From: the human T2T-CHM13v2.0 reference genome, Homo sapiens
Assembly (NCBI GenBank): GCA_009914755.4
Contig: CP068257.2
Location: forward strand, 38,560,001 to 38,624,000
Reading direction: 5' to 3'
DNA: 64,000 nucleotides
The translations under genes and the position numbers were made by a program. This document shows, piece by piece, positions 11,471 through 26,402 of the stretch. The stretch's first letter is position 1. Every line of letters begins with the position of its first letter. Below the pieces are notes generated by a model, which saw only the letters and a list, made by a program, of their open reading frames with translations, was not told where the DNA came from and made no database searches.

Positions 11471-14400
11471 CACAGGAACAGACTCTGAAGGGCAGGCTGC
11501 CTTCCAAGGAAGGGAATAAAGGGAGGCAACAAACTGCAGACGAATCTGCTGGAGGTCCCCAGACAATATGCTCGAAGGGATGTTAAAGGTGGCCTTGGGT
11601 CCTTGTAGGGGAGAAGCAGTAGTCCCTGGGAATCAGAAAATATGGCAACCAAGGCAACCTGTGTAATTGCCACCTATGGGAGAAGAAGAATGTTCCAGAT
11701 AAGGAAGGGACAGCTTCACTGTGCCTGTGCCCGCTCAGATGACGCCTCTGGTGCTGCCACTGGGCATGACCAGAGTTAGGGGGGCAGGAGATGATGACAG
11801 GAGATACAATAACAAGGACTTGGGGTGTTCAGTGTTTCCTGGAAAAGAGTAAACCAAGGAAAGTCATCTGTTGTCAAATCCTGGGAGGACTGTCATTTGG
11901 CCAAAGGGTTAAGAGGTGGGAGGAGAGACACTGGATCCAGGAAGGTCTATTTTGGTGCAATAAATGTAAGAACTTGTAGCAGTCACAGCTGGCCAAAGGC
12001 AGAGCTGTGCTCCCTGGGTTAGTGAGTTTCTGTTTCTCGGATTGTTCAAGCATAGAGTGAATGGTCACTTGCAGAAGTTCTTTCTGTTACGAATGTGAAG
12101 TACTTTAATACATTGGTTATATGCTGCTTTCTTTGAAAATTAATGAAAAGGAAAGGAAAACTTTTGGGGGGATAATTTCACCGTTGCCTAAAACAGATGT
12201 TGAGAGTCAACAATTTGACTAATGGTTATTATGAGTCTCGTATACATGTCAGGCACTATGAGGGGCACAGGGACATAGCATAAGGTTTGTCAGAGACAAT
12301 TCCAGCCCTCAGGGCTCACTATGGCCCATAGGGGGACAACTGTTCAGTGGGGTGCAGATAGTAAATTAATAGTCACAAGCCCACCAAGTGTTCCAAGACA
12401 TGCTATGAATAGTGAAGGGGAATAGGTAGTCAGGGAAGGCTTCCTGGAAGAAGTGACATTTAGGCTGTTATTAATACTTGAAGGATCAGTTTTCTATGTA
12501 CTCAGTCTAAAACTACACTCACTTAAATTATGGTTGTAATTTTTATACACCAAAAATTTCTGGAGGAAGAAACTAATACATGAAAAATCTGACTAACACA
12601 ACTCGTACAGCAGTGAGTACAGGTGCTATCTACTCTCAGCACAGCTCCTTCCTCCCAGGGCTTCCAAACTGAAAGTAATTGAAGTTCTGTAGGGTCCTGG
12701 TAGAGACCTTGGTCATGGACTTGGATCTGCTTGTCCTGTGGGCTTTTCTCCTGGGACCCATGCTGCCCCTTAAAATGACTTGCTCCAGGGCTACATAAAC
12801 ATCTTAGCCACACCACTGGCCCTGTCTCTGGTTGAAGTAGGGCATGAAGGATGGAAAAGAGTATCCCTCAATCCCGCCTGTACTCAGCTTTATAGACAAG
12901 GAGCTTTCCTGCTTTGGTTATATAAACCATGATCAATTTATACATTTAAAGATGCTGTTGATAATAATGATTCTTAGATTTCAATTGCATGTAAATTAAT
13001 GCAATAAACATTTACAGTATGCTCTTCACTTGACATTGTGCTGGGTGCTGGGGATCCCAGGACACAGAGAACCAGAGTCCCTGCCTTTGGGAAACTCCTG
13101 GGTAAGAGTAGGGAGATAGTGAGGACACTTAGATGCTGAGTAAGTAGTTTAACACAGAGGGTTTTAGAGGCATTTTACTCCTAAGTATTTTCCTGCATGC
13201 TGGAGCAATCTACAAGCTACCACCTATTAGATGTTGAGTATGCTCCAGACAACGAGGAAGGCGTTTTCAATGTCTTCCCTTCTTAGAGTTCACCAATTTC
13301 CATTGAGTGTCTCCACATGTTGGGTGCGGTGCTGGGTGTTGGAGAAATGAGCTGGGTGAAAATAGACCTACTAGGTGCAGGGAGCCCCCAAGGAGCCTCT
13401 AGCGTGGTGGAGGTGAAATGCATTAATCAGCATATTTGTCAGTAATCATAGAGATACATATATAGTGACCCATAATGCCACCTGCCCAGATTGAAAGGGA
13501 GAAGGAGCTGGGTGAGCACCTGAGAATTGAGATCTATGGAGGGGGTAGTAACTGGGTGGCTCAGGGAAGGGAGGACTCCAGGCAGAGGGCAGCTGGTGGC
13601 CTTTGTGGTCTCCTTGCCAGTCCTTTGAGGTGGATGCAGCAGTGCCCACTTCACAGGTGAGATGCGCAAGCGAGGGTGCAGAGCTGGTGCAACGCAGGCC
13701 CAGCAGCGAATCCCACACAGGCTGGGTCCCAAATCACTGAGCCCAGGCCTGCCACCAGCATCCGGCAATGCCCGCTCCTCCATGAGGACAGGGGAGGTCC
13801 TGGGCTGCTCCAGTAGGAGAGGTCTCCTGTGTGCTCCCGCACCAACAGCATGGGCAGCCTGCAGCCCCATAGCCAGTGCGCAGCCAGTGAGATAAAGGGC
13901 TGTCCCTGTCCCCACGGTGCTCACTGCATCTGTCTGAGCTCTCATCACTGTCACTAAGTTCCAGGACAGTTTCTGCTCAAATGTGCCTGCCTCACCTAAG
14001 AAGCATTTGCTTCACTTCAAGACCTGTATACATGAACTTGTAAGAAAGGCAAGGTCAGCCTCTCCTCCCTGGGCCCTTGGGAAACCTGTTGGTCCTAGTC
14101 CCCAAAAGATGCTTGTTCAGCTCAGCACTGTCTTGGGTGAGCCCCCCAGGTCACTGTGCCTCACCCCTGAGCCCAGGGCCCTGGCTCTGCAGCATTTCTT
14201 GGCTACGGTGAGACTTGCAGTCCAATCAACCCCGGAAGGCCCTTCCTCAGACTTTGTGTAAGTGACACCTCACTTCTAGGCCCCCAGTTGCAACTCAGAG
14301 GCCGATGACCTGAGCCATTCCATCTTTCCTCATGTGCATTTCCAACCCAGCAGTCACAGATACTACTTTTCAAAACACTATTTTTTGTTTTGATCCATAT

Positions 14401-15356
14401 CTTCTCAATCTTCAAATTCTGTTCTCCTGAATTCCCGAAGAGTCACCCCTCGGCTTGCCTTTGCAGTCACCATTTCCTGGCTCTGTTCCTGGCTTGCTCT
14501 TGCTGAAACATTTCCTCACTCCTGACCTGTGGTTCCCAGCTGCCTTGAGCTTGATTTTTTACTACAGCTTTAGTGCCAAAGATATTAGATGGGTCACAAC
14601 TGGGTAATCTGAAATAACGTGCGGTATCCAGGAAGTGAAAAATAAAGCTGCTTTTGCGGCCTAGAAGGATTTTATTAACCCTTCCCATGCTGGTGGTGCT
14701 CGAATTCCTCATATCTTTTATGAGACACAGTAAAAATTCTGACTAGAGGCCACTGTGGTGGTATTCTACCCTCGCCCAATGCATCATAAAGTTCAAAATG
14801 GCCCGGGCATTGTTCCTTGAAGGCAATGAATGGGCACACCTGCAGCGGCCCTGGCAGCAGGGTCAGTTTTATTTATGGGCTCTGGGCCGAGTGGTCCTGG
14901 GTGCAGCAGCCAGTGTCGCCGATGGTCCCTGAGCATTTCCAGGAGGTTGCTCCAGAGTGAATTTTCCTTTTTCTGCACCAACCACCACTGCACAGTTTAT
15001 CCGACCAACACCAAGCACAGCTTGAGCTCAACGCTCTGGGTGCAGGACATGGGCTCAGGCTCTACAAAAGTCACCCAGCTCGGGAAACGGGAAGTGAAGG
15101 GAGCAGGTGAAATAGAAAAGGTCATGGTGGGGGCCTGTCTCCATCAGCCACTGCCCACATGCCAACAGGAAGCTGCAATATCAAGGAGTCCAGCAGGAAG
15201 CAAGACTGAAGTCTGGGCTGGCTAAAAAAGAAAGAAGCAGAGCTGAGCCTCAACACGAAACTCCACTCCCACAGCAGAAAGCCAGGATGTGCTTCCAGCA
15301 AGGAGACTGGGGGAAGTGGTGCCCTCTGAGCTCCTGTGAGCTGAGCTGTGCGCTTA

Positions 15357-15665
<309 letters not shown>

Positions 15666-16179
15666 TTAGACAAGAACAGAAGCTTTTTATTTGGAAGCAT
15701 TTTCTTTTTCCTAATCACATTTTAGGGAAGAGAAATTCCACTTTCCCAAGACTTCCAATTTTCATAGCCCTTAAGAACTGGACCAAGCCTGGAGGATATA
15801 AAATGTCACGATTCTAGTTTGGATCTCTAACTCAAAACATATTTTGGCCCCAAATGTTAAACTTCCCTTTCATTCTGGTCATCTAGTACATGGATTCCTA
15901 AAATTGAGCAAAGAAATTCCACCGCTGTACTTGTGTGCATGTGGCTTGACTGTCATGGGCTTGTCATCTTGACTGGTTCCTCTAAGGGCTTCGTTCCCTG
16001 TTTGGGGGCTTTACTTTGACATAATCCCAGGCACTGCAAAATTCTGCTTTAGCACTGACATTATACATATTCAAAATTTCCTGGGAATTAGGAAGTGTTA
16101 CATGGCAAGTTGAGGACACAGAGATGCCTGAGGCTGAGCATACAGCTCCCATCCTGAAATGACTGTGTTTATTCTCTTA

Positions 16180-16293
<114 letters not shown>

Positions 16294-17264
16294 CTATGTG
16301 TAAAGCAGAAAGAAATTCATCTTTTTCAGTAGGCAAAATGACTTTGAGCCGTAAAGCTCTCTCTCTCCACTCTTTCAGTTCTCCTGCCATGCCAAGCACA
16401 CACATAGGTACACTCACACACACACACACACACTCACAAAACCCCCATTCCTCCAGACTCACATACTAAATCACACACATGCACGTATCCCTCTGAGGAC
16501 AAATTATTTCAGTGTAATTGAAAGTAGGCGGATGGATAGGATTCACGTACATTATCCATGTCAGGTGTAGCTCATTAAATTGGATGTGTAATTTATATAA
16601 GATGTCGTGGTCAGCTTGACATATATCCCACATATACATTTTTTTTTTCATGGTATCCAAAGCAACCATGCCTAAAGAGACAGATTAAATACTGCAGGCA
16701 GGGCTGGGGGCCCGCAAGACTCGCATCAGATTCCTTTTCTAGGAGGATTCCAGGAATGGACCCTTGTCTGAGAGCCAATATAAGCATTTCAAACACAGGG
16801 CTTCCCCACCTCCCCACCCTGTGTGTGCTACAGTATCATCCTCCAACCGCATGACAACAGCACAAACCAGTTCACTGCTCACAGTCCTTTTCTCTAGCTT
16901 TTGTGATCCTCTTTTAACGACAGATTTTTTTTTTATTGTGGATTTTTCCAAAGAAGCAAGATAGTTTTTATGATAATATTTTTGTCCCAAAGCCCATCTC
17001 ATTTTTCTTTTTGCAGGAAGTTAAAACATGCACACAGCATAGGCCATCATTCCTGAAGGATTAACTGTCATTTAAAAACCTTATTTCTCACTTTTTTTTT
17101 TTTTTTACTACATTTGGGTTCCCTGCTGCGTTCATAATAACCCTATTCTTAATAACACTTAGGCTGAAGCACTATTTTTGAAGGCTACTTCACTAATCTC
17201 GCTGTGTGAAAGGGGAGAGAAATAGTGCTTCGTAAATAAATTCCGAAAGATTATCTGCTACTTA

Positions 17265-17570
<306 letters not shown>

Positions 17571-17825
17571 TCAGCAAAGCAGGGTTCTTGATTTTCCCTG
17601 GCAAAACACTCAGGTAAACCATGCTTCAAGAGATATTTCTTCAAAATGAAATTTATTCAAGAAACTGCTGCATGAGAATCTCGAGCAAAATAAAGGAAAG
17701 GCACCAGAAAAATGAAACTTGAGTAAGTGAGCCCTCAGCAGAAATTGCCATGCCGTTTCATATCCACGGCACGTTGCTCTTCCAACCCTGTTGAGGGCTA
17801 TGGCCTATGTCCCTTAGCACACCCA

Positions 17826-20800
17826 GAATGATTGATATGGGTTGGCTGTGTCCCCACCCAAATCTCATCTGGAATTGTATGCCCATAATTCATTCCCATG
17901 TTTCATGGGAGGAACCTGGTGGGGGGTAATTGAGTCATGGAGGCGGATCTTTCCCATGCTGTTCTCATGATAGTGAGTAAGTCTTATGAGATCTGATGGT
18001 TTTAAAAATGGGATTTTCTCTGCACAAGTGCTCTCTCTTTGCCTGCTGCCAACCATGTAGGATGTGACTTGCTCCTCCTCGCCTTCCATCATGGTCATGA
18101 GGCCTCCCCAGCCACATGGAACTGTAAGTCCATTAAACCTCTTTCTTTTGTAAACAGCCCAGTCTCAGGCATGTCTGTATCAGCAGCATGAAAACGGACT
18201 AATACAATGATGTTACTGGTTTCTAACTATCATTATAAACAATGGGGATAAAACTTCCACTTTTAGTCAACTTTAGGTGAATCCCTTGTTGCTGCTAACC
18301 AGTCCTTGTAACCACTTTTCACAATGCCCATCTCCCACAGTTGTTATAAACCTTGCAAACCTTTATCAGTCACTGGAGACCTCAAACCTGTCCTTCTTCC
18401 ATAACTTATAGCAGAGAATCTCGTCTCCAATTTACTGAGAAAAGGGAACCCTTTATTTGTGAAGCTTCTCAAGTTTCCTTTTCCCACATCAAAATTAAAA
18501 GAAGTCTAATACATAGACTTCTTTTCTTGGCAATAGATGACAAAAGATCCCACCCCAATTCCACAAGCCACTTATAAATTGTAGACTGCATATGACAAAC
18601 ACCTTTTAAAATGCATACTAAGCTTATCAGAAAGTGAGAGAAAAACCAGAGACCAAACACAAAAGCTGATAGTGAAAAGCCAGAGGTAATATATAATGGC
18701 GGTGCTTTGACTACCTGAGAGGCATGACATTAAATATGAGACCTCCAAAGCCAGGCTCCTCAAAGGGTTCTATCTTGACAGAAAGTATATAACCAAAATA
18801 ATAATAACAATAAATAAAAATCCACAAAGGCAAAGAGAGAAGAAAGCTGCCTCAGCTTGTGTTATATATGTAGAAAAACAATCTCTCCCCTGAGAATTTA
18901 TAAAACTGGCCTGACTCTACATAGGTCTGTAGTCAAATTCATGCTAAAGCTTTAACATGAAGGTGACCGTAATTTGATAATGGCCTGAGGAGCCTAGCAA
19001 AAGCTAACATACTCTAGAAGAATGTGTCCTCTGTCCAGGCCCACTGAAATGCACCCAGATAAAGCCCTGCTGGCCGTGAGCTCACAAACTGAAACTAAAG
19101 AACACATGAGAAAACTAACACCATGATTGAGAACCAGCCTCCCAGGACTTCAGATGATACAGTTGTCAGATACAGACTGCAAAATAACTATGCAAGAATG
19201 TTTAAAGATATTTTAAAAATATGATAAAGGAACAAGATGTTAACAAAAAGGACTAGAAAGGTTTGAAAATTCATCAAAACATAACAACCTTTTTATTTGC
19301 TTTTTATCTCATTTCCCCAATCACAGGAAGAAGCTCCCTTCCCCCATTTCTGAGGTCAAGCTCAGACTACGTACTTGATTGCTTGCCTCGTAAGACTTCC
19401 AAGGTACTTGACCATAGAAACACTGTGGCTTCTTCTAAGACTGGCACATACTGGGTCATGTCTTTTCCCATGGCTTACTAGAGAGGTTTGAGACATATAA
19501 TGAAACGTCAAAATACTACCAGTTCCGTAGCCTGAACACCCACAGAAGAACCTACATTTGGGAGTTTCTCTAGAGTCAGCAGCCATGTGGCAGAGATGTG
19601 CCCCACAGCACTGACCGTGTAATAAGATGGAAAGTAGGCAAATTGGTGACTCAAGAAAGAGGTGCCAAGAGTCCTGCATATCAAGGACAGTTGCTCACAA
19701 CTGTTGTGAAATTCCTTTTCTGGCATTTCTGAGATGCAGCAAAACTGGCTGTACTGTCCCCAGCCTTTGGTTCTGATCCCCCCCTTCCCCTAGCCTATAA
19801 AATAAATAAAAATGTTTATTTTTATTAATAGCTTTATTGTGGTATAATATCCATACCATAAAATTCACCTGTTTTAAGTGTGCAATTCAGTTGTACACTT
19901 AATATTGCATTCGCTTCCTAGAGTGCCTGTAACAAATTACTAGAATCTATGTGGCTTATAATAACAGAAATTTCTTCTCTCACAGTTCTGGAGGCTGGAA
20001 TTCCAAAATCAAGTCGACAACAGAGCCATGCTCCCTCTAAGAGCTCTAGAGGAAGACCCTTCCTTGCCTCTTCCAGCTTCTGGTGGCCCCAGGCATTCCT
20101 TGGCTTGTGGCGGCAAAACTTCAGCTTCTGCCTTATCTTCACATAATTTACATTCTTCTTTGAATGTTTCTGTGTCTTTTCACATGGACTTCTTATGAGG
20201 ATACCAGTCACTGGATTTAGGACCTACCCTAATGCAGTATGATCTCTTCTTAACGAATTATATTTGCAAAGACTCTATTTCCATATAAGGTCATATTCCA
20301 AGGTTCTAAGGGGACATTAATTTTTGGGGATACTATTCAACCCATTACAAATATATTTATATTATCCAGTACATATACATATATACCATTATAACCTGTA
20401 TACAAATATACACAGTTGTATAATCATCACTGAATCAAATCTTAAAGCATTTACATTACCCCAAAAGATTTCTCCTGCCCATTTGCAGTCATTTCTCTTT
20501 TCCCCCTCAAGTTCTAAGCAATCACTAATCTACCTTCTCTCCCTGATATGGTTTGGCTGTGTCCCCACCCAACTCTCATCTTGAATTGTAGTTTCCATAA
20601 ATACAATTCGTCTCCCATAGTGTCATGGGAGAGGCCTGGTGGGAGATAATTGAATCATAGGGGTGGTTACCTCCATGCTGGTCTCGTGATAGTGAGTGAG
20701 GTCTCACAAGAGCTAATGGTTTTATGAGGGGCTTTCCGCCCTTTACTCTGCACTTCCCCTTCCTGCCGCCATGTGAAGAAGCATATGTTTGCTTCCCCTT

Positions 20801-20925
20801 TCACCATGATTGTAAGTTTCCTGAGGCTTCCCTAGTCGCATAGGACTGTGACTCAGTTAAGCCTCCTTCCTTTATAAATTACCCAGTCTCTGGTATGTCT
20901 TTAAAAGAACAGACTAACACAATAC
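17826..20925 (+). mobile_element. MaLR (THE1/MST-type ERVL-MaLR) retroelement with both LTRs and an internal region. The 5' LTR is about 17826-18215 and the 3' LTR about 20545-20925. The two LTRs are roughly 75% identical, so the element is old.
   Basis: Both LTRs start with tgatatggtttggctgtgtccccacccaa(a/c)tctcatct…gaattgta… and end with …taaattacccagtctc.ggtatgtct…ggactaa.aca. This matches the THE1/MST LTR consensus that I recall. Confidence 0.7.
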
Positions 20926-20929
20926 CCGT

Positions 20930-21400
20930 ATTACCTTTTTAGATCATTTTTTATAAATGGAATCATATAGCATGTATTCTTTAGTATCTAGCTTTCTGGA
21001 TTTTTTTCACTAAGCATAATGTTGTCAAGGTTCATCCATGTCATAGCACAGTACTTTGTTCCTTTTTATTGCTAAATGATATTGCAGCACACGGATATAC
21101 TGCATTTTTTTAAATCCACTCACCCACTGATGCACACTGGGGTTGTTTCTACTTTGGGGCTATTATGAGTAATTATACTATAAATATTCCTGTATAAGCT
21201 GTTGTGTGAACAAATGTTTTCATTTTTTTCCAGGAGAGATTCCTAGAAGTGGAACTACTGGGTTATATGGCAATTTCATGTTTAACATTTTGAGAAACTG
21301 CCACACTGTTTGACCAAGTGGCAGCACCATTTTGCACTCTTGTGGCCGGAGATTGGAGAGAGAAGAGGGAATAAGAGGAGGTGTTAAGATTCAGCATTTA
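20930..21400 (-). mobile_element. Old L1 (L1M-type) fragment, antisense, from the 3' ORF2 region.
   Basis: …aatggaatcatatagcatgt…cactaagcataatgttgtcaaggttcatccatgt…ggttatatggcaatttcatgtttaacattttgagaaactgccacactgtt… is an L1 antisense motif. Confidence 0.5.
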
Positions 21401-24400
21401 TGGTGAGGGAACAAGAACATTCCCTTTCAACCATTTGAGTTCAACAATTTAAGTTCAACCATTTGAATTCAACAGGGGAACTCAAAGAGTAGAGATTGGG
21501 TGCACCTATAAAAAGGTGAGCTGGCATGTTCCTCGACAGCTGGAGGCTTACTGGCTGTAGAAACCCCAGGCTCACCATGGATCTGCCATCACAGAGGAAC
21601 TGAAGGTGGTGGCACTTTCTGTTTGGCCTCAATCCACTAATCAAGATTTTTTCTCATACGGGAAAGAGGCTAACTCAAGATAATTAGAGATCTCAAAGCC
21701 AACAAAAGTAACCTAAATTACAAAACTGTGAATAAATAAATTACAGGCCTATGAACAAGAAAATATTTACTCCTCATTCTTTCTCTCACGACTGGGGAAT
21801 GTGAATCAGAAACCATGACACCCACATATAATTTAGCTTTGAAAGGTGACCCCTGTCCACTACCATCAACCCCCACGCCCCAATTCCTGATGAGTGTCCT
21901 GATTCCTGCAACACCCTCATCCTTAGAATAAAATATAGAAACTCTTGTTGCAAAACTGAAAATCAATCCATGTTTAATGCCTCCCAGTCTCCTGGGCATC
22001 TCAAGGCTATGGTCAGGATTTCCTATTTTGCAGTGTTTGTAAAAAGGAAATGTATAAAATGGTAAGACATAAAAACAGACAGTTTTCCTTTGAGAACTTG
22101 GTAAGTCACCATCATCACCTCCCAAATCCAGGGTAGTTTAACACTCACTGACTATATTCCAATGAGAGCAAGCCAATTCTGAAGTAAGGGTTTCTGTCCT
22201 ATTCTAGGAGCTCCAAGGCTGGTGTTGACCCAGAATGTAATTCCCTAGTACTTTAAAACCACCAACTGGAAGAACTGTTCTCCAAAAACTGCAGCATTGT
22301 TTTGAGGACTTGTTTGTTTTCTTCTCTTTTCCTTTTTTAAAAAAATAATCACAAGTTTTATCGCATTTGATGAGAGAAGTACCTTGGCCAAACCATAGAC
22401 CTCTGGTTTGTTTATGACTTGCCCATCTTAATCTGCACACAATACTCCTCAGTTTTATTTAGATTTCTACTTTGAAAGAGTGCCCTACTAAAATGGGTAT
22501 TTTTGTTCTGGTTATTAAATTCAGCACTTAGAGAGAAATGCTCTGACTAGCCCATGTTCTCCTATCCAGCTCAAGTATTTTCAGCCCTTTAAAGTAATGG
22601 TGGAAAGGAAAAAATGAATCATTACCATGGCTTCTTTGCAATGCTAATGTTTGAAGGCATGACCTTTTCACTTGTCACAGTTATGGATGCCTAGAGATGA
22701 CAACATGTCTGTACAGCAGCCCTTTTTGCGAGGATTTCTGAAGCATAACAAATGGATGGGGTAATTTAACAGGGATTGGTACCAAGGAGAGGCTGTGGGC
22801 AAACCCTGCTAGCAGGGCCAAGGGAGATCCAGACCCAAGAAGGCTTTGTCCAAAGGTTGTGTGCTGCGTGCCTCTCTTGCAAAATTACCCATTGAGGAAG
22901 GTGCTGTTTTACATCATATCAATTTATAAATTTGCTTCATAAACTATAATATTATCTAACAGCATCCTTAATGCTCAGTAAATCTGTGTTCTTATGATAT
23001 AAGGGAGCATCCCTCTGACCTACTTTTTTGCAGCATAAAGATGCAGTGGTGTAGTGGAGCTGCTGTCATTGGCCAGGGAGATCTGATTGTGCACATCTCT
23101 GCCCAGCTTGGCAGTGCAGTCATGTCTCTTTCCCATTTAGCTTGAAATTGGCAATGGTGGTAGTATTTATACCACTGAAATTGGCGAGTGCTAGAAATCA
23201 CGGCTTTCTCCATCCTCTCCCCCTCAATAGCTAATTGTTAAACATTTACCAGAATAATACTTAGGAGAGTGTTTCACTATATTAATAATTTTAAAGGGTG
23301 TTCCCATCGTACAAGAGATACTGAGAAGATAGTAAGATTAAGCTAAGAGCAATAATTAACTTTATCAATGAAAGTAAACCCTTATTTATTAATTAAATAA
23401 TTAAAATATGAACAGTTTGTCACTGTACGTTTTGACAAGTAATTCAGTGATAAATTGATGAATATCTTAATTTTTTAACCCTAGGATACAGAGAGAATGA
23501 AAAATTCTATCAATAAATCACTGATATTAAAGACTGGTTCCAAACTTTACTCTCAAGTCTTTTAATGACTCTATCAATAATGCAAAATTAATCCTTATAC
23601 ATTTTTATGGTTTTTGTTCCTACCTGGTTCTGCTGAAAAGAAAACAGATTGAAAAGAAAACAACTGAAAAGAAAACAGGAGAAAGTACCAAACAGCCTGG
23701 ATAATCCCGAATGAGACAAGATTCCTGTCACAAGCATCTGGCTCAATACTTTCATTTTATAGAGAAGAAAGGGTGTCAAATGCCCAAATACAGGAGTCCA
23801 TCAGGATCTGACTCTGATCGGTCCTATTTGAAAACCATCATCGTCATGATCACCCCAAACATAGGAGATGGCCAACTGTCCCAGGGTGTCCAGGACTTCC
23901 AGTGTTTTAACACAGGAAGTCTGTATCCTGGGAAGTTTCTCAGTCCCTCCAGGCATTCAGAGCAGATATGGCAGAGGAGGGTGTGGAGCCAAGAACGAGG
24001 CAGCATAAACCTGGCCCAATGCCCAAGATGGGAAACTGAGGCAGGAATTACAGGGTTCCCGGGTGGGAGGTCAAAAGAAGGAGATGCTCTGGGACATAAA
24101 CACATTTTAAAGCTATTTTTTCAAGTCCCTTTTAAACCAGTCCTCCCAAATTTTTATTATGAAAAAATTTCAAACATACAGGAAGCCAATCAGCCATGTA
24201 TCTACTGCCTGGATTCCACAGTTCACACTTTAATGCACAGTGTTGAATCAAAATGTGTTTTCTTTGTTATCAAGATTTACTGAATACATTTTTTTTATTA
24301 TTCTATTTTAAAACTACCTTGGGTAAACACATACATCAGCGTGGGTCTCAAAGGTCGAGCTGTAAGATGGCAGCCACCTGCCTGGATTCTGCAGCTCAGG

Positions 24401-24844
24401 GTGCAGACCCACTGGCCTCCTGGTGTCCCAGGTAAAGGAACTGCCGCACCCTGGCCTGCAGAGGTGATGTGGGGTTAGGTGGTGCCTGGGGTAGAGTGGT
24501 GCCCCTCACATATGTCTTACCAAAAGGAAAGGTGAGGAAGGGGCCTGGGAGCAGAGAATCTGACTCCAACCTCCTGCCGCTGGGACTGGGCAGGACCCTT
24601 GGCCGTCCTGGGTTTTGGCTTTCTCACCTGAGTCATAGAGGAGCTGAATGGGATCACGGGCTCTCAACCTGGCCTGTATCTCGGAATCACCTAGAAGCCT
24701 TTAAAATAGGCCAGTGCTCAGGCCCCACCGCACGTTGGCTCAGAGTCCCTGGGGGTGGGGGTTATGCATGGATTTATTTAAGTTTCCCAGACGATCCTAA
24801 AATATACAGCCTGGATTGAAACAACTCAATCCGATGATCCCCAA

Positions 24845-25045
24845 GGTCTTTTCCCCCACTAATTGCCATTTCCCCTCCTTCTCCTTTTTTCTTTATTTCT
24901 TTCCCTCTATCCTTCTGTTCCTCCCTCCCAATTTTTTCTTCATTTTTCCCTTCCTTCCTTCTTCACTTTCCCCTCTCTTTCTTCTGTTTCATCCTCCCTC
25001 TATTTCTGTCTCCTGCTTTTTTCTGTTTTCTCCTTCACAGTGCCA
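24845..25045 (+). repeat. Polypyrimidine (CT-rich) low-complexity tract of about 200 bp. A second short CT-rich patch lies at about 25890-25960.
   Basis: tttcccctccttctccttttttctttatttctttccctctatccttctgttcctccctccc… read directly from the sequence. Confidence 0.85.
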
Positions 25046-25387
25046 TAATAACAACAATAGCTAATTTTTATGAGTGTTGACTGTGTGCTAAGAACTTTTC
25101 CATATACTGCATAAGTATTTCAGCCATACGACATGATGGAATAAAAACACTAGCCATGGAAATGACCCAAGACACATGAGTACTATTTTAAGTTGATTCT
25201 AAATTATGCTATAAATAGAAGTGAGACACATAGACAAAACATTTCCAGCAGATTAATTGGATTTGCATCTATATTAACAAAGGTCTATGCAGATGGTCAA
25301 ATAGAAACCAGACACCAAACACCGCCTTTAAATGGGCAAAAATAAAGATTAGAATATAAGAGAATTTTGGAATTAATTTCTACTTGA

Positions 25388-25721
<334 letters not shown>

Positions 25722-26290
25722 TCTCCTTAATTTCTAAGTAAGGAAACAGAGAACTAGGGGGTTTAAGACTGGAAATGACTAGACCTATTCCCCTTGCCTC
25801 TCTCCTATCCCTAATGCAAAGTTCTATTTTATTTAGTAAGTTTATTAAAAAATCAATATTACCATAAAAGTAATACAGTAAAATGATCTTCATTAATCCC
25901 TAAAGTGATGAATCTTTCCCATCCCCTCTCTTCCCTTCTCTTTCCTCCTTCCTTCCTCCAGGGTCTGGAAAGCTAAATGGTAGTAGCAGCACAGTTAGTT
26001 AATAACGCATCTGTCCTTCTGTCCTTTCACGTCTCAGATCATTTTCATATCATGAGCTTGCAGCAACACATGTGTTTCTCAGTGGAGAAGGGATTCTTAA
26101 TTCCATTTACCTATAATTACCTAGGATGGGGAAACTAAGTAATTAGCCTAAAGTCATACAACTAGTAAATGGAAGATCTAGAAGGAGAATCCAGGTCTTC
26201 TGATTCCAAGTGCAAAGCCTCTTTCCCTTATAGTAGCGGAGGAGGCCAAGGGTGCAGAGTGTCTGACCACAGGGGTATCTGACAGCCTGA

Positions 26291-26402
26291 CTGTCTTCAA
26301 GCCTGAACACCCTTGGAAGCCCCTCAGTCTGGGGCCTGAGTCCATTTACAGGAGACTCCTCATAAAGTCCGTGAAATTTCCACTTTCTCAGCTGCAAGGC
26401 AA
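26291..26402 (+). repeat. Copy 1 of a 112 bp direct duplication. Copy 2 lies at 28409-28520 and the two are about 94% identical.
   Basis: gtcttcaa..tgaacacccttggaagcccctcagtctggggcctgagtccatttacaggagactcctcataaagtccgtgaaatttccactttctcagctgcaaggca appears in both copies. Confidence 0.85.

Noticed and set aside
9337-11586. Very long ORFs on both strands (749, 658, 555 aa on +; 70-107 aa on −) with repetitive G/R/T/E/P-rich peptides
   Set aside because: They lie entirely within the 30 bp minisatellite. The repeat unit simply lacks stop codons in several frames. There are no start or splice context, no domain and no codon structure, so these are ORF-finder artefacts.
23711-24283. 190 aa plus-strand ORF
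   Set aside because: Low-complexity, AT-rich context with no recognisable homology. It lies on the strand opposite the host gene with no promoter or splice evidence. Treated as a chance ORF.
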